Shown one piece after another: positions 1 to 9,922 of a stretch of 64,000 nt of DNA. Numbering within the stretch: position 1 is the first letter of the stretch; every line of letters begins with the position of its first letter. The notes below the pieces were generated by a model that did no database searches, was not told the origin of the DNA, and saw only the letters and a list, made by a program, of their open reading frames with translations. The position numbers and the translations under genes are program-made. The DNA comes from a virus, in the IMG/VR virus record IMGVR_UViG_3300042891_001180; one strand, given 5' to 3'.

Positions 1-713
1 AGAACCATCTTTTCAGCAATTGTATACAATTGTCCTTTAAGCTCATCGTTCCAAATCTCCGGGTTCTCTTGAATGTATGTTCTGAATAGTTTGATCATTC
101 CTTCGCAATGTTGAGTCTCATCAACAATTGACCAGGTAACAATCTGACCCATCCCCTTCATCTTTCCATGACGAGGGAAGTTTAACAACATAATAAAAGA
201 ACTGAATAGTTGCATTCCTTCCGTGAACGCAGAGAACACAGCAATGTGCTTGGCTGTATTTTCTTTAGTGGAGTTTTGCTGAGAAATATCCAGCACATAA
301 TCGTGCTTCTCTTTCATCTCTGCATACTCAAGAAACTGATTGTACATTGTCTCCGGTAATCCCAGCGTTTCAATTAAGTGTGAGTAAGCAGCAATGTGTA
401 GAGCTTCGCGAGCTGCAAAGCCAAGCAACATCATCCTTACTTCTGGTTGCGGAAAGTAAGGAAGATAGTTATTTACATAGCCGCCTGCAACGTCAATATC
501 CCCCTGAGTAAAGAATCTAAAGATGTGTGTAAGAAACATCTTTTCTTCTTTAGACAATTTACTCTTCCAATCCTTAACATCTTCAACCATTGGTACCTCT
601 GTATGAAGCCAATGACTTTGTTCATGCTTTAACCAGGCGTCGTATGCCCAGGGGTAGTTGAAAGGTTTAAACGAACTGCGCTCATCTGTTAGTTTTGAAT
701 TTATTTTTTTCAT
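1..713 (-). CDS. nrdB: Ribonucleotide reductase class Ia beta subunit (3' end outside window)
   Basis: Not in ORF track. Manual translation from ATG at 713: MKKINSKLTDERSSFKPFNYPWAY...FFTQGDIDVAGGY...AAREALHIAAYS...FTEGMQLFSSF...DETQH, which has the diiron ExxH motifs and radical Tyr. Confidence 0.96.
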   Translation of the reverse strand, partial: MKKINSKLTDERSSFKPFNYPWAYDAWLKHEQSHWLHTEVPMVEDVKDWKSKLSKEEKMFLTHIFRFFTQGDIDVAGGYVNNYLPYFPQPEVRMMLLGFAAREALHIAAYSHLIETLGLPETMYNQFLEYAEMKEKHDYVLDISQQNSTKENTAKHIAVFSAFTEGMQLFSSFIMLLNFPRHGKMKGMGQIVTWSIVDETQHCEGMIKLFRTYIQENPEIWNDELKGQLYTIAEKMV

Positions 714-1249
714 TTTTCTTTTGTTATCCAATCTGCTATTAAATGTACTCTATCTTTATTTCCATGATTTACAACAGCATGGGGTAGCTGGTTGTTAATT
801 TCCCAAATTTCCCCTTGTTTCATATGTTTTTCTTCACCACCTACAGTAAATATAACACCTGTATTTGTAATGACTGGTATATGGTGTCGATGACCAACTG
901 TACCTCCATCAACGTGAGGGGGGATTGTAGAATTAGCTAACATTTTTACTATTAATAATCTAGCAATAAACCCAAAACCGTAAAAAGTTTTAAAAGTATT
1001 TTCTAATTCAGCAACCTCTTGTACAAAAAGATTATATTTTTCTCTACGTGTAATTGTTGTTGTCTCGTTAAAAACTATTGACCTTTCGTCGTAAATCAAG
1101 GGAATAGTTTCTGTATGACGGTGTGCTGCAAAAACCTTTTGCCGCCAGTCATAATCTAACCACTCCTCTCTTGTAAACTCATTTATTTTTGCAAGCCAAT
1201 TTACTGTATCTAAATTTGCAATGTAGTTATAAGCCATAGGTGTAGCCAT
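710..1249 (-). CDS. 2OG-Fe(II) oxygenase, Asp/Asn beta-hydroxylase-like
   Basis: HVD...H iron triad (IPPHVDGG, NQLPHAVVN) and RVHLIAD; lies between nrdA and nrdB. Confidence 0.8.
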   Translation of the reverse strand: MATPMAYNYIANLDTVNWLAKINEFTREEWLDYDWRQKVFAAHRHTETIPLIYDERSIVFNETTTITRREKYNLFVQEVAELENTFKTFYGFGFIARLLIVKMLANSTIPPHVDGGTVGHRHHIPVITNTGVIFTVGGEEKHMKQGEIWEINNQLPHAVVNHGNKDRVHLIADWITKEK

Positions 1250-1258
1250 ATATTACTT

Positions 1259-3064
1259 TCAGCCTTCACATGCCAAGCACACGTCCCCGTCAACTATGGC
1301 TTTCATATCTAACTCTTTAATTACTTCTCGTTCGATACGCTTTGATACTTTATCTGCTTTACCAATTTTCTCACTACGGCAATAGTACAAAGTCTTAAGA
1401 CCAGACTTCCATGCTAGGAAGTGCACAGCATGCAGATACTTAATATTAACATCGGGTCTAAAGAACAGGTTAAGGGACTGGGCTTGATCAATAAACTCTT
1501 GACGATCGGCGGCGTGCTGGACAAGCCATCTCTGGTCTATTTCCATAGACGTTTTAAATACATCTTTCTGCCATTGATCCATCCATTCCAAGTGTTGTAC
1601 TGAACCATCATTAGCGATAATAGATGACCAGATATCATTATAGTCATTTTGATTAATTACATCACCTTCTCCTGAAAGATGTTTTTCAATGACTCTATTC
1701 AACCATTTATTCTTTGTTAAATGAGACCCCGAAAGAGTGTCTTGACGATAGGCATTAGCACGGTATGGCTCGATACTAGGAGAAGTATTACCCATGATAA
1801 TTGAACTAGAAGCATTAGGAGCAATAGCCATAAGGTGGCTAAAGCGCTGCCCTGTCCCCACTGCGTCAAGTGCTTCTCCGCGAAGTCTTCCAAGTTGTTG
1901 ATTAGCTTCATCTAGTTGCTCCCTGATGTGTTTGAAAATCTGTCTATTTCTTCCGACGGCCATAGGCGATTCAAAAGGGATTCCGCATTGTTGGAGATAA
2001 GCATGAAAGCCCAGAGCACCGATGCCAATAGAGCGCTCACGTATGGCAGAGAACCTTGCACGCTCAACGGTGGTAGGGGCATTATCAATAAAATACTGAA
2101 GTACATTATCAAGCATTTCTGCAACATCACGAAGAAATACAGTATCATTTTTCCACTCATCATAGTACTCCAAGTTCAAAGACGATAAACAACATACCGC
2201 AGTTCTCTCCTTATCTGTAGGTAGAATAATTTCTGAACACAGATTAGATTGGCGAATCTTTAAACCAAGCTTCTTTTGAAACTCCGGCATCTTTCTGTTA
2301 CTTGTATCAATAAAATGCAGATATGGTTCCCCGGTCTGCATACGCATATCTAAAACTCGTTGCCAGAGTTCACGAGCAGATACTACCTCTCTTACTACCC
2401 CGTTATGTGGGTCGACCAGGTTCCAGGAATCATCTGCATCTTTATCAATCATACTACGTTCGACCAACTGCATGAACTCATCGGTAATATTAATACCGTG
2501 GTGTAAATTCTGGGTCCTCATATTAGGGTCTCCAGTTGATTTTCTCATCTCTAAAAATAAGAGAATATCAGGGTGGCTAATATCAAGGTATGCAGCATAA
2601 CTACCACGACGAGTCCTACCCTGTCGGTAAGCAAGACTTGAAGCATCATAAGTTCTAAGATGAGGCATAACCCCAACGCTCTTGTCATCTGATGCACGAA
2701 TTCCAATTCCAATTCCAACTCCTCCACCCAGCATGCTGAGCCAATTTACTTCTGATAATGTATTTACTAACCCGGCTGAAGAGTCATCCAGATAAGGAAG
2801 AAAACAACTGATAGGTAAACCCCGGGCAGAACGTCCGAACGAAAGAATCGGGGTGCTGTAACTAAGCCAATGCTTAGAAGAATAATCATATAAACGCTGG
2901 GCATGTGCTTCATCCGTTCCAAATGCTTTTGATACAAACGCAAATCTTTCTTGCGGCGACGTCTCATCATCACGCATATACGATTCTTTAAGACGCAATA
3001 CACCTAATGTATCAAACAAAGCGTCGCGAGAATAGTCTACCGTAATACCATGTATTTTACTCAT
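1259..3064 (-). CDS. nrdA: Ribonucleotide reductase class Ia alpha subunit (short, no obvious ATP-cone)
   Basis: PISCF, SNLCSEI catalytic motif, APNASSS, KTLYY, C-terminal CxxC (CLACEG). Confidence 0.97.
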   Translation of the reverse strand: MSKIHGITVDYSRDALFDTLGVLRLKESYMRDDETSPQERFAFVSKAFGTDEAHAQRLYDYSSKHWLSYSTPILSFGRSARGLPISCFLPYLDDSSAGLVNTLSEVNWLSMLGGGVGIGIGIRASDDKSVGVMPHLRTYDASSLAYRQGRTRRGSYAAYLDISHPDILLFLEMRKSTGDPNMRTQNLHHGINITDEFMQLVERSMIDKDADDSWNLVDPHNGVVREVVSARELWQRVLDMRMQTGEPYLHFIDTSNRKMPEFQKKLGLKIRQSNLCSEIILPTDKERTAVCCLSSLNLEYYDEWKNDTVFLRDVAEMLDNVLQYFIDNAPTTVERARFSAIRERSIGIGALGFHAYLQQCGIPFESPMAVGRNRQIFKHIREQLDEANQQLGRLRGEALDAVGTGQRFSHLMAIAPNASSSIIMGNTSPSIEPYRANAYRQDTLSGSHLTKNKWLNRVIEKHLSGEGDVINQNDYNDIWSSIIANDGSVQHLEWMDQWQKDVFKTSMEIDQRWLVQHAADRQEFIDQAQSLNLFFRPDVNIKYLHAVHFLAWKSGLKTLYYCRSEKIGKADKVSKRIEREVIKELDMKAIVDGDVCLACEG

Positions 3065-3091
3065 AGCTCTTATTTTTCCTACTTGTTGTTT

Positions 3092-3349
3092 TTATTTAAC
3101 TGATTCGAAAATCTTTTTTTGTGATTGATACCATTCAATCCAGGCATCGTGTTTGATCACGCACTCATAATGTAATGTGTAGTTGTATGTAATGTTTTTT
3201 GCAACATCGCTAAGTTTTACCTCTTCATTTAATTGCTTAAGTGCAGGACACCTTTGCAACAATTCGTTTGGTGCTTCAGGAAACTTTGCAGTAACAGGAA
3301 CCGTAGTCGAGCAACCGGTAAGTAGTAAAATGAGTAGTAGGTATTTCAC
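3092..3349 (-). CDS. Lipoprotein, probable o-spanin (Rz1-like)
   Basis: Lipobox LLTG-C, Pro-containing N-region, two further Cys; overlaps upstream membrane gene by 4 nt. Confidence 0.65.
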   Translation of the reverse strand: MKYLLLILLLTGCSTTVPVTAKFPEAPNELLQRCPALKQLNEEVKLSDVAKNITYNYTLHYECVIKHDAWIEWYQSQKKIFESVK

Positions 3350-3774
3350 TTTACTTCCTTGGCTGCATCGTTAACTGCTTTAACGAATTCCTTAGGTATA
3401 ATACAAGTGTTATCGTATTTAGTTATCTCACGGTCAACGTATTTAATTATGTCCTCACCCCGCTCTTTAACTATCTGTTGCTTGACAACAACTTTTTGTA
3501 CAATCTTAATATTCTCTTTCTTACTCTCCGCTTCGGCTGCTGCTACCTTGGCTTCCATTTCTTTTACCCTGGCAACCCACTCTTTATTATTGTAAATTGC
3601 ACCTTCAAAGAAAATACCAAAAGCTAATACTACAAAACCAACAATTCGAATTGGAATGTAGTAGTTATCGACGAAGGGGATTCTTTTGAGAAACATACTG
3701 GCAAGAATCGCCAGTATGCCGACTATACCGAATGCATGAAAGAAGCTGTCAGGAAGGAAGTTAAATATCCACAT
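3346..3774 (-). CDS. Membrane coiled-coil protein, probable i-spanin (Rz-like)
   Basis: N-terminal TM segments, coiled coil, C-terminal Cys; late-type promoter AATAAATA upstream. Confidence 0.6.
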   Translation of the reverse strand: MWIFNFLPDSFFHAFGIVGILAILASMFLKRIPFVDNYYIPIRIVGFVVLAFGIFFEGAIYNNKEWVARVKEMEAKVAAAEAESKKENIKIVQKVVVKQQIVKERGEDIIKYVDREITKYDNTCIIPKEFVKAVNDAAKEVK

Positions 3775-3781
3775 TGTAGGT

Positions 3782-3789
3782 TATTTATT
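3782..3789 (-). promoter_or_regulatory. T4-type late promoter variant AATAAATA
   Basis: One mismatch to TATAAATA, just upstream of spanin-like pair. Confidence 0.45.
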
Positions 3790-3803
3790 ACTCTTGAGAT
3801 TTC

Positions 3804-4817
3804 TTAGCATCTTTTCCATCCAATAAATTTCATTTTAGCAGTTAACCCGGTAAACGTATTATCTTTAATTATCTTCTTAACGTTATGACCGGCCATTACC
3901 ATTTCATTAATATCTTTTTCTGCTATTGTCTGCGGCCATAGAACTACATTATAACCTAGTTCTATATTTTTCTCAATCAACTTGCATACTTCTTTATTAC
4001 GAGGCTGATTATCAAATACCACAATTAGTTTATCTTTATCGAGACCGGTCTCATTAAGCTTTCCAAATGATGTACCGCCTACGGCAATTGCATTGTCTAA
4101 GAACAAGCTATCAATAGGACCCTCTACCACGTATATAGGTTTACTCTTATTTACAGAGTCTATACCGAATAGGAGCGGTACACCGTCCCTAACTTTGACA
4201 GTGAGGTAACGAAGCGCTTCACCACGTAAGGCTCTACAGGTAACCCCAGATAGTTGACCGTCGTTATCGTAAAAAGGGAGCACCAATCGGGGTTCTTCTC
4301 CTTGAATACTTTCTTTATATTTGTCATTTAATTGTACTATATCTTTAATATTATTAATAAAATAAAGCTGTTTTTGCTTTTCTTTAGGTATTTTTCTGCT
4401 ATTACAGAACAAAACCACCTCATGGTCTGCCGGTAGTGTATCTACTCTATCTAATAACCTATCTAGTAGTTTTTCGTTATCGTTTTTAAATACAGGCGCT
4501 TCAAACTTAAACTCAGGAACAACGTTTGCAGACTTATTATGCCCTTCACTGTACTTTTCTAACGAATACTGAGAGTACATTACCGCGTCTTGAGACTTAA
4601 GAAAGTTACCAAAACTTAACGATATGTCACAATTGTAACACTTATATCGTAAGTCGGTTTTATATGCGAAGAAGTAACCTCGCATTTTGCGTCTATTCTT
4701 TTGAGAATCACCGCATATTACGCACCTGCAGTTATAAGTATTATCCTTCTTCTTCTTAAACAGAGGAAGTCGGTTACTTATTAACATAAGATATTTTTGA
4801 TCAAGGAATACGGACAT
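3804..4817 (-). CDS. gp61: DNA primase (T4 gp61-like)
   Basis: Zn-binding CRCVICGDS...CYNC, TOPRIM VVEGPIDSLF, FDNQPRN, KDINEM. Confidence 0.96.
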   Translation of the reverse strand: MSVFLDQKYLMLISNRLPLFKKKKDNTYNCRCVICGDSQKNRRKMRGYFFAYKTDLRYKCYNCDISLSFGNFLKSQDAVMYSQYSLEKYSEGHNKSANVVPEFKFEAPVFKNDNEKLLDRLLDRVDTLPADHEVVLFCNSRKIPKEKQKQLYFINNIKDIVQLNDKYKESIQGEEPRLVLPFYDNDGQLSGVTCRALRGEALRYLTVKVRDGVPLLFGIDSVNKSKPIYVVEGPIDSLFLDNAIAVGGTSFGKLNETGLDKDKLIVVFDNQPRNKEVCKLIEKNIELGYNVVLWPQTIAEKDINEMVMAGHNVKKIIKDNTFTGLTAKMKFIGWKRC

Positions 4818-4845
4818 AATAAAAAAGACCTCTAGAAGAGGCCTT

Positions 4846-4874
4846 ATTATAATATAAAACTATCAAAAAGGCAA
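4846..4874 (-). promoter_or_regulatory. sigma70-like promoter for primase
   Basis: TTGCCT-17 nt-TATAAT. Confidence 0.65.
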
Positions 4875-4875
4875 G

Positions 4876-5232
4876 TTAAATTAGTTTTTCTAACTTAATG
4901 TGTGCCAAAATATAACCCATTACAATTGAACCACCAACCATCATGTAACGCCATTTTTCAATAGAGCTAATCTTTTCAGCTATAGCTTTATGTTGTTCAG
5001 TACTGGCTTTGGTTTGTGCATCCAGTTTATCAATAATTTTTTCGTGCTTGGTATCAATGTCATTACGAAGATCATCTCTCATATCACTAATTCGACTATG
5101 TAACGTTGCATAATTAGAATCAATTTTTTGTTCTAATTTTGTTACGCTACCTGTAATAGAATCGACCTGGGTTTCAAGTACCGATACTCTGGTCTCTGTT
5201 TCCAGATCCGCTTTAGACATTGCTTCTGCCAT
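4876..5232 (-). CDS. Coiled-coil protein with C-terminal TM helix
   Basis: Heptad-rich body then WRYMMVGGSIVMGYILA. Confidence 0.6.
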   Translation of the reverse strand: MAEAMSKADLETETRVSVLETQVDSITGSVTKLEQKIDSNYATLHSRISDMRDDLRNDIDTKHEKIIDKLDAQTKASTEQHKAIAEKISSIEKWRYMMVGGSIVMGYILAHIKLEKLI

Positions 5233-5661
5233 TTACTTCTTTTTTCGAGGTTTAGTCTTCGTTGCTTTTATGGCAGGAGTTGGCTTCTTTTCAGTTGCTG
5301 TCTCTTCGCGCTTAACAAACGTACGTTTTTTCTTAACTTCTGTCTCCAATGGTGCTTCCTTAGGGAATGGCCATATAGTTGGATCAGTAGCAGGAGGTGT
5401 TAACGTAATCGTATCCGATTGCGTATTAACACTTACGTTCATATTATCAGAAATAGAAATAACAACAGTTTCAGGTTTAATTTCTTCTACCACGGGTGCA
5501 GGCTCTATAACTACCGTTTCAGCTACAGGAGCTGGCGCAGGCTCAACTACAGGGATAGGTTCAGGAGCAGGCGCAACCTCTGCCTTATAAGGGCATTCGG
5601 CAGGAGGTGCTTCCTCAACTTTAGGTTTACCGACAAAAAACTCTTTGATTGATTTAAACAT
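5233..5661 (-). CDS. Pro/Glu-rich hypothetical protein with basic tail
   Basis: Tightly packed operon ORF with APAPEP repeats. Confidence 0.65.
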   Translation of the reverse strand: MFKSIKEFFVGKPKVEEAPPAECPYKAEVAPAPEPIPVVEPAPAPVAETVVIEPAPVVEEIKPETVVISISDNMNVSVNTQSDTITLTPPATDPTIWPFPKEAPLETEVKKKRTFVKREETATEKKPTPAIKATKTKPRKKK

Positions 5662-6196
5662 TTTTAATTACCTTCTTTCGCTTCAGTAGTGGGGGTTGTT
5701 TACTTTTAGGTACACCTAGGGTATCAGGTGTGAATCCGGCTACACCAGGTGAGCCAGCATTATTTGCAATAGGGGCTGCTGCATCCTCGGAGTATTGCTT
5801 AAATGTATATATCTTTTTTGTATTAAAATTATCTTGAACGTATTTAATATCTTCGGTTAAATCTGTATGTAGTCTATTTAAGTATTGTAGCTCTAAATCG
5901 ATAGGTTCGCAAGTATTATGGTAATTTTCTTTTATTAATGATAATGCAGCAGCAAATGTAACAATTTTTTTATTATCAACTGGTACCTTCTCAATAATTC
6001 TCTTGATACGGTATACCATTCTGTGAAGGATGGTATAAGCAGCCAGTTCATCACCGGTATGGAGCTGACTCATTTTTTTCAGCTCTTTACCCTTAGCATC
6101 TATAATACCGAGTCTATACGCATCCGTTTCTACAAACGGAATAGTTAGCATTCTAAGAATGCGGTATGCAATAACTGAATCTACTAAACGTCCCAT
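5654..6196 (-). CDS. Conserved T4-like hypothetical (probable head-associated) protein
   Basis: YRILRML...AYRLGIIDAKG...YTILHRMV pattern typical of T4-like phages. Confidence 0.7.
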   Translation of the reverse strand: MGRLVDSVIAYRILRMLTIPFVETDAYRLGIIDAKGKELKKMSQLHTGDELAAYTILHRMVYRIKRIIEKVPVDNKKIVTFAAALSLIKENYHNTCEPIDLELQYLNRLHTDLTEDIKYVQDNFNTKKIYTFKQYSEDAAAPIANNAGSPGVAGFTPDTLGVPKSKQPPLLKRKKVIKNV

Positions 6197-6585
6197 TAAA
6201 TCTTTCCTAGTGCTATGGATACTTTTTCGTCTAAAGGTATTTCATACCCCTCAACAACTATACCTTGTGCCGAAATAGGACCAATAGGCATAAAATTAAG
6301 AAAGACGAGAAAGGTTTTAAGTTGCGGCCAGAATTCTCTTTCTACTTTAAAGAAGAGCATCTTGGTTGCAGCCTCAGCACCAAATAAATTATAAATGACT
6401 ACCAGGTGATTAAGTATTAATCTTTCCTTGAGATCTTTACCGGCAGTATACTTATTAAAAAGTCTCTTAAGGTATCTGAATCTTTTTAAATCATCATTAA
6501 ACTCTGCTATGCCCTTGCATGCGGGGTTATCATAGTGTTTAATTGCATATAATGTAAAGTTCTCTTCAGTCAGATCAAGGTTCAT
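6196..6585 (-). CDS. Conserved T4-like hypothetical protein (start moved to MNLDLTEENF)
   Basis: YAIKHYDNP, DLKRFRYLKRL, ERLILNH motifs. Confidence 0.75.
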   Translation of the reverse strand: MNLDLTEENFTLYAIKHYDNPACKGIAEFNDDLKRFRYLKRLFNKYTAGKDLKERLILNHLVVIYNLFGAEAATKMLFFKVEREFWPQLKTFLVFLNFMPIGPISAQGIVVEGYEIPLDEKVSIALGKI

Positions 6586-6587
6586 AA

Positions 6588-7031
6588 TTAGGCGATGGTA
6601 GCGGTACCTCCGACCATGTGCCACTTACCATTGGTATATAAAAGTTGTGCAGTCTTACCGACAGCACTGAATGTAATAGTTTGAGTATTTGCAATATTCG
6701 CACTAATAGCAAATGAACCACCCGATGTTGATATCATCGTAATATATTTAATCTGGTTAACTGTGCCGGCAGGAATAGCAATAGAGCCTCCTGAAGCGTC
6801 AGCAGCCAGATGGGTCACCGGTTTAGTCAAATCAACCATGGTACCAGCAGAGTTAATAGTCTGGATAGAAGAATCCAGATTAATATTACCTTTTAATGTA
6901 ACGTTAGCGGCATTGGCAAACATAGTTGCCGCAGTCACCTTCTTACTGGTATCTGATTGTACTAGATATAGAAAATCAGCCACCCCGACAGAGGTGGCCG
7001 ATGTTAGTTCACTTACTTTACTATCAGCCAT
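6588..7031 (-). CDS. Putative virion structural protein
   Basis: MADSKVSELTSAT N-terminus typical of fibre/decoration proteins; beta-rich. Confidence 0.6.
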   Translation of the reverse strand: MADSKVSELTSATSVGVADFLYLVQSDTSKKVTAATMFANAANVTLKGNINLDSSIQTINSAGTMVDLTKPVTHLAADASGGSIAIPAGTVNQIKYITMISTSGGSFAISANIANTQTITFSAVGKTAQLLYTNGKWHMVGGTATIA

Positions 7032-7033
7032 AA

Positions 7034-7831
7034 TTAATCAGGGAAGATTGTTTCTTCGTCATCACTTGTAATACCGTTCTTAGAAAGCGCAACTAATACT
7101 TCTTTCTTTTCACGAATCTGACCGTGAGCATCAGTATAGGTAATGTAGCTTACCCAACCGGTGTGGGATGCGTTAGAAGTAGAACCAGAACTAAAGTTAA
7201 TGGTTGCTGTTGCGTTGGTAGTTGGCTGTGATAGACCAGTCGTTGCAATAGTAGCTGTAGTATTAGCTTGAGCGGCCGCAGTGTAACCCTTACCAGGATT
7301 AGTAACCGTGATAGCAGTCAACACGTTGCTTGTAAAAGTCAGAGTAGCGGTTGCATTAGACTGGGGCTGTGAAAGTCCAGTAGTTGCAATTGTGATAGCG
7401 GTATTAGCAGTAATTGCAGTTGCATTTGCCAGTCTCTGATATCCTGCGCCAGTAGCATTAACTGAAATTGAACTAATTGAAGCTGTAATGATCTCTGCAG
7501 CATCTACACCGTAGACGTTCTCAATAGAAAGAACGTTACTTTGTCTAGAAACTGGGTACGTATTACTAGAAAGTACGTTTTTTGGACCTTGCTGAACAAA
7601 AACTACTTTAGAAGTACCAGCTGTTCGTGGTATTGTAGTCAATGTAAGAGCAGTATTAGAGGTAATATCAGCTACCTGATATTTACCTGAAACGCCAGAA
7701 ATAGTTAGATAATCTCCAGCGTTAAGATTTTGTAAAAAGTACGTTGATGCACCAACTAGGTTGGTATTTGCAATGTAATGTGTAACAGTACCTGCAATAG
7801 TTGTATTGTCTGATAGACCCCATGCGGACAT
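7034..7831 (-). CDS. Putative virion structural protein, Thr/Ala-rich with internal repeat
   Basis: Two copies of TIATTGLSQP..NATAT; ITVTNPGKGY motif; HTGWV...EVLVA C-terminus. Confidence 0.65.
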   Translation of the reverse strand: MSAWGLSDNTTIAGTVTHYIANTNLVGASTYFLQNLNAGDYLTISGVSGKYQVADITSNTALTLTTIPRTAGTSKVVFVQQGPKNVLSSNTYPVSRQSNVLSIENVYGVDAAEIITASISSISVNATGAGYQRLANATAITANTAITIATTGLSQPQSNATATLTFTSNVLTAITVTNPGKGYTAAAQANTTATIATTGLSQPTTNATATINFSSGSTSNASHTGWVSYITYTDAHGQIREKKEVLVALSKNGITSDDEETIFPD

Positions 7832-7891
7832 TTATGTCTCCTTGTTTTTCTTTTATTCCATGCCACCGTATAGGTGGCGCCCGTAATATAT

Positions 7892-9013
7892 TTAGGCTTC
7901 AGGACTTTGTGATTGGTCGCTAAACAATGTAATATCTTTGTTTTTAAATGCTTCATTAGCAACTAAAACTGCATCTTCATCAACGTATTTTGCGCGAGCA
8001 GCCTCAAGGTAATCGGCAAATGTATACTCTTCTTGCTCAACTTCTTCCTTAACACCACCTGCTTTAAGCATATCAATACGATCGCGATAGCCAGCGACCC
8101 CGGGTTTAATATCTTTAGCAGCTTTCTTAAGTGCAGGCGAAGCATTAGGAATGTGCTTCATAGTAGTCTTAGCTTGATCAGACATTGCTTCTTTAACTGA
8201 TTTTTTAGCTAAGTCCATTGCAGCACTATAGCCTGGTATGCTAGACATTTTTTTCATGCGAGCAGGATCCTTTGCAGTTTCAGTTCCAGCTGCAGCTAAT
8301 CTTTGCTGGCGCGCCATCATGTCTTTCTTTGATTCACTTTTAGCTTCATCTAAATCTGCATCTTCTTTAACTGGCTTTCTAGTATAGACTGTACCTGTAG
8401 AGATTTTCTTAGAATCAAAACCAGCTGTCTCACCTGGTTTTTTAGGTATTTGACTTTGATAATTTTTATAGTCAAATGGACTAACAGGCTTCTTCTTCTC
8501 TTCTTCTTGTACAGAGTCTTCCTTCATAGGCTTAGGCATCTTACCATCTTTTTTGCCAGCCTTAATTAATGAAATAGCAATAGCAGCTTGTTGAGCAGCT
8601 TTACCAGCTAGCTCTTGTATCTGTTCATCAGTATCTTCTTTTGTTAGACGTTTTACAGCTTTATTTAAACCTGTTTCTCTATTAGTAGCTTTTCTAACAC
8701 TATCTGAATCAGATTCATATTCTTCTGGATCTTCCCCGTGTTGATATGATAGGTCTCTCTGGTCACCAACATTCTTTTTAATATAAGACCCGAGAGTTTT
8801 TTTACTTAATTCATTAACCATCTCAGCTTCTTCTTTAGTAATCTTCCCGTTACTGTCCTTCTTCATTGCACGAAGCTTTTTAAAGTCATGAGCGGTAATC
8901 TCATCCTTCTCTGGCTCATGCACATCAATCTTCTGTTGATTGGGGTGGAGGTTAGCCTCCATCACTGCGCGAATGTCATCTTGTAATTTTTGTGAAATAG
9001 ATTTCATGTCCAT
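7892..9013 (-). CDS. Putative internal head protein with many gp21-type cleavage sites
   Basis: Highly charged; repeated VKED, VKEA, VKEE, LDEA, VNEL junctions. Confidence 0.6.
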   Translation of the reverse strand: MDMKSISQKLQDDIRAVMEANLHPNQQKIDVHEPEKDEITAHDFKKLRAMKKDSNGKITKEEAEMVNELSKKTLGSYIKKNVGDQRDLSYQHGEDPEEYESDSDSVRKATNRETGLNKAVKRLTKEDTDEQIQELAGKAAQQAAIAISLIKAGKKDGKMPKPMKEDSVQEEEKKKPVSPFDYKNYQSQIPKKPGETAGFDSKKISTGTVYTRKPVKEDADLDEAKSESKKDMMARQQRLAAAGTETAKDPARMKKMSSIPGYSAAMDLAKKSVKEAMSDQAKTTMKHIPNASPALKKAAKDIKPGVAGYRDRIDMLKAGGVKEEVEQEEYTFADYLEAARAKYVDEDAVLVANEAFKNKDITLFSDQSQSPEA

Positions 9014-9048
9014 TTTGTTTCCTTTGGTTTCGTATACTTATAAGTTAA

Positions 9049-9897
9049 TTAGCAGTTCCATTTTCTAAGAGCTTTATTAATCCTAGAATCCGGGTCTCTT
9101 GCAGTCTTTGCAGATGTTAGTCTTTTCTTCATACCACCCATGCGCGCACAAAAAGATTTTCTTCTGTTAGCCGCTTTACTACCTGGTTTTAACTTAGATG
9201 GTTTGGTCGTTACAGCCATTTGTAATTTAGAGCCTGGGTTCTCTCTACGGTAAGCTGCAATACCTTTTGCATTCAGACCACCTTCAGGGTTCTTACCTTC
9301 TTTACGCTGCCAGGCTGCAACTTCAACTAACTCTTCATCTGGTATTGATTCTAGATCTTCCCAGATTAATTCAGAGTCAACGTTATTATCTTTTGCAATA
9401 TCTTCTATTACATCTTCAATAAGATCAAATAGTTCTTCTGGTAATAGTTCTTCTTTTATTCTCCAACTACCACCACGTTTTTTGTACCACTTTGCTGCAA
9501 ACCCATTGGCGTAGGCTGAAGGGTAGACATCGAATTTTTGTCTGGCCAGAGACTTAGCTCTCGACCAGAGTTCGGGGTTGGTAGGTTCATTCTTCTCTAC
9601 CAATAGACCTTCTCTTAAATTAGAAAAAGTATTTAATGATTCTGATTTTACCATTACTGGGGCGCCTCCTTTACCAGATCGATCTGCAACCGGGTCTTCT
9701 CTTCTTTTTCTTCTTACTGCGGCTGCCCTATCATCCTTCGACATAGAACGGGCCTTGGCAAGTGGAAGACACTTGGGCTTCCCCTCCCCGGGCTCTCTTG
9801 CACAGTCACCTTTTATATTACCCTTGGTATCCATTCTCACCCAATTACCTTCGGGGTGAGTTTTACTGAACCAATTTCTTAAATTTTCTAGTACCAT
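9049..9897 (-). CDS. Modular basic protein (DUF5872-like plus DUF6321-like modules), putative internal head protein
   Basis: LRNWF...GKPKCLP, FDVYPSAYAN and AAWQRKEGKNPEGGLN...ALRKWNC modules separated by xxE sites. Confidence 0.65.
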   Translation of the reverse strand: MVLENLRNWFSKTHPEGNWVRMDTKGNIKGDCAREPGEGKPKCLPLAKARSMSKDDRAAAVRRKRREDPVADRSGKGGAPVMVKSESLNTFSNLREGLLVEKNEPTNPELWSRAKSLARQKFDVYPSAYANGFAAKWYKKRGGSWRIKEELLPEELFDLIEDVIEDIAKDNNVDSELIWEDLESIPDEELVEVAAWQRKEGKNPEGGLNAKGIAAYRRENPGSKLQMAVTTKPSKLKPGSKAANRRKSFCARMGGMKKRLTSAKTARDPDSRINKALRKWNC

Positions 9898-9922
9898 TAA
9901 GCAAGACCACTAAGTAGGTTTT

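Noticed and set aside
447-632. Plus-strand 61-aa ORF
   Set aside because: Antisense to nrdB, which the ORF track missed because it runs off the window edge.
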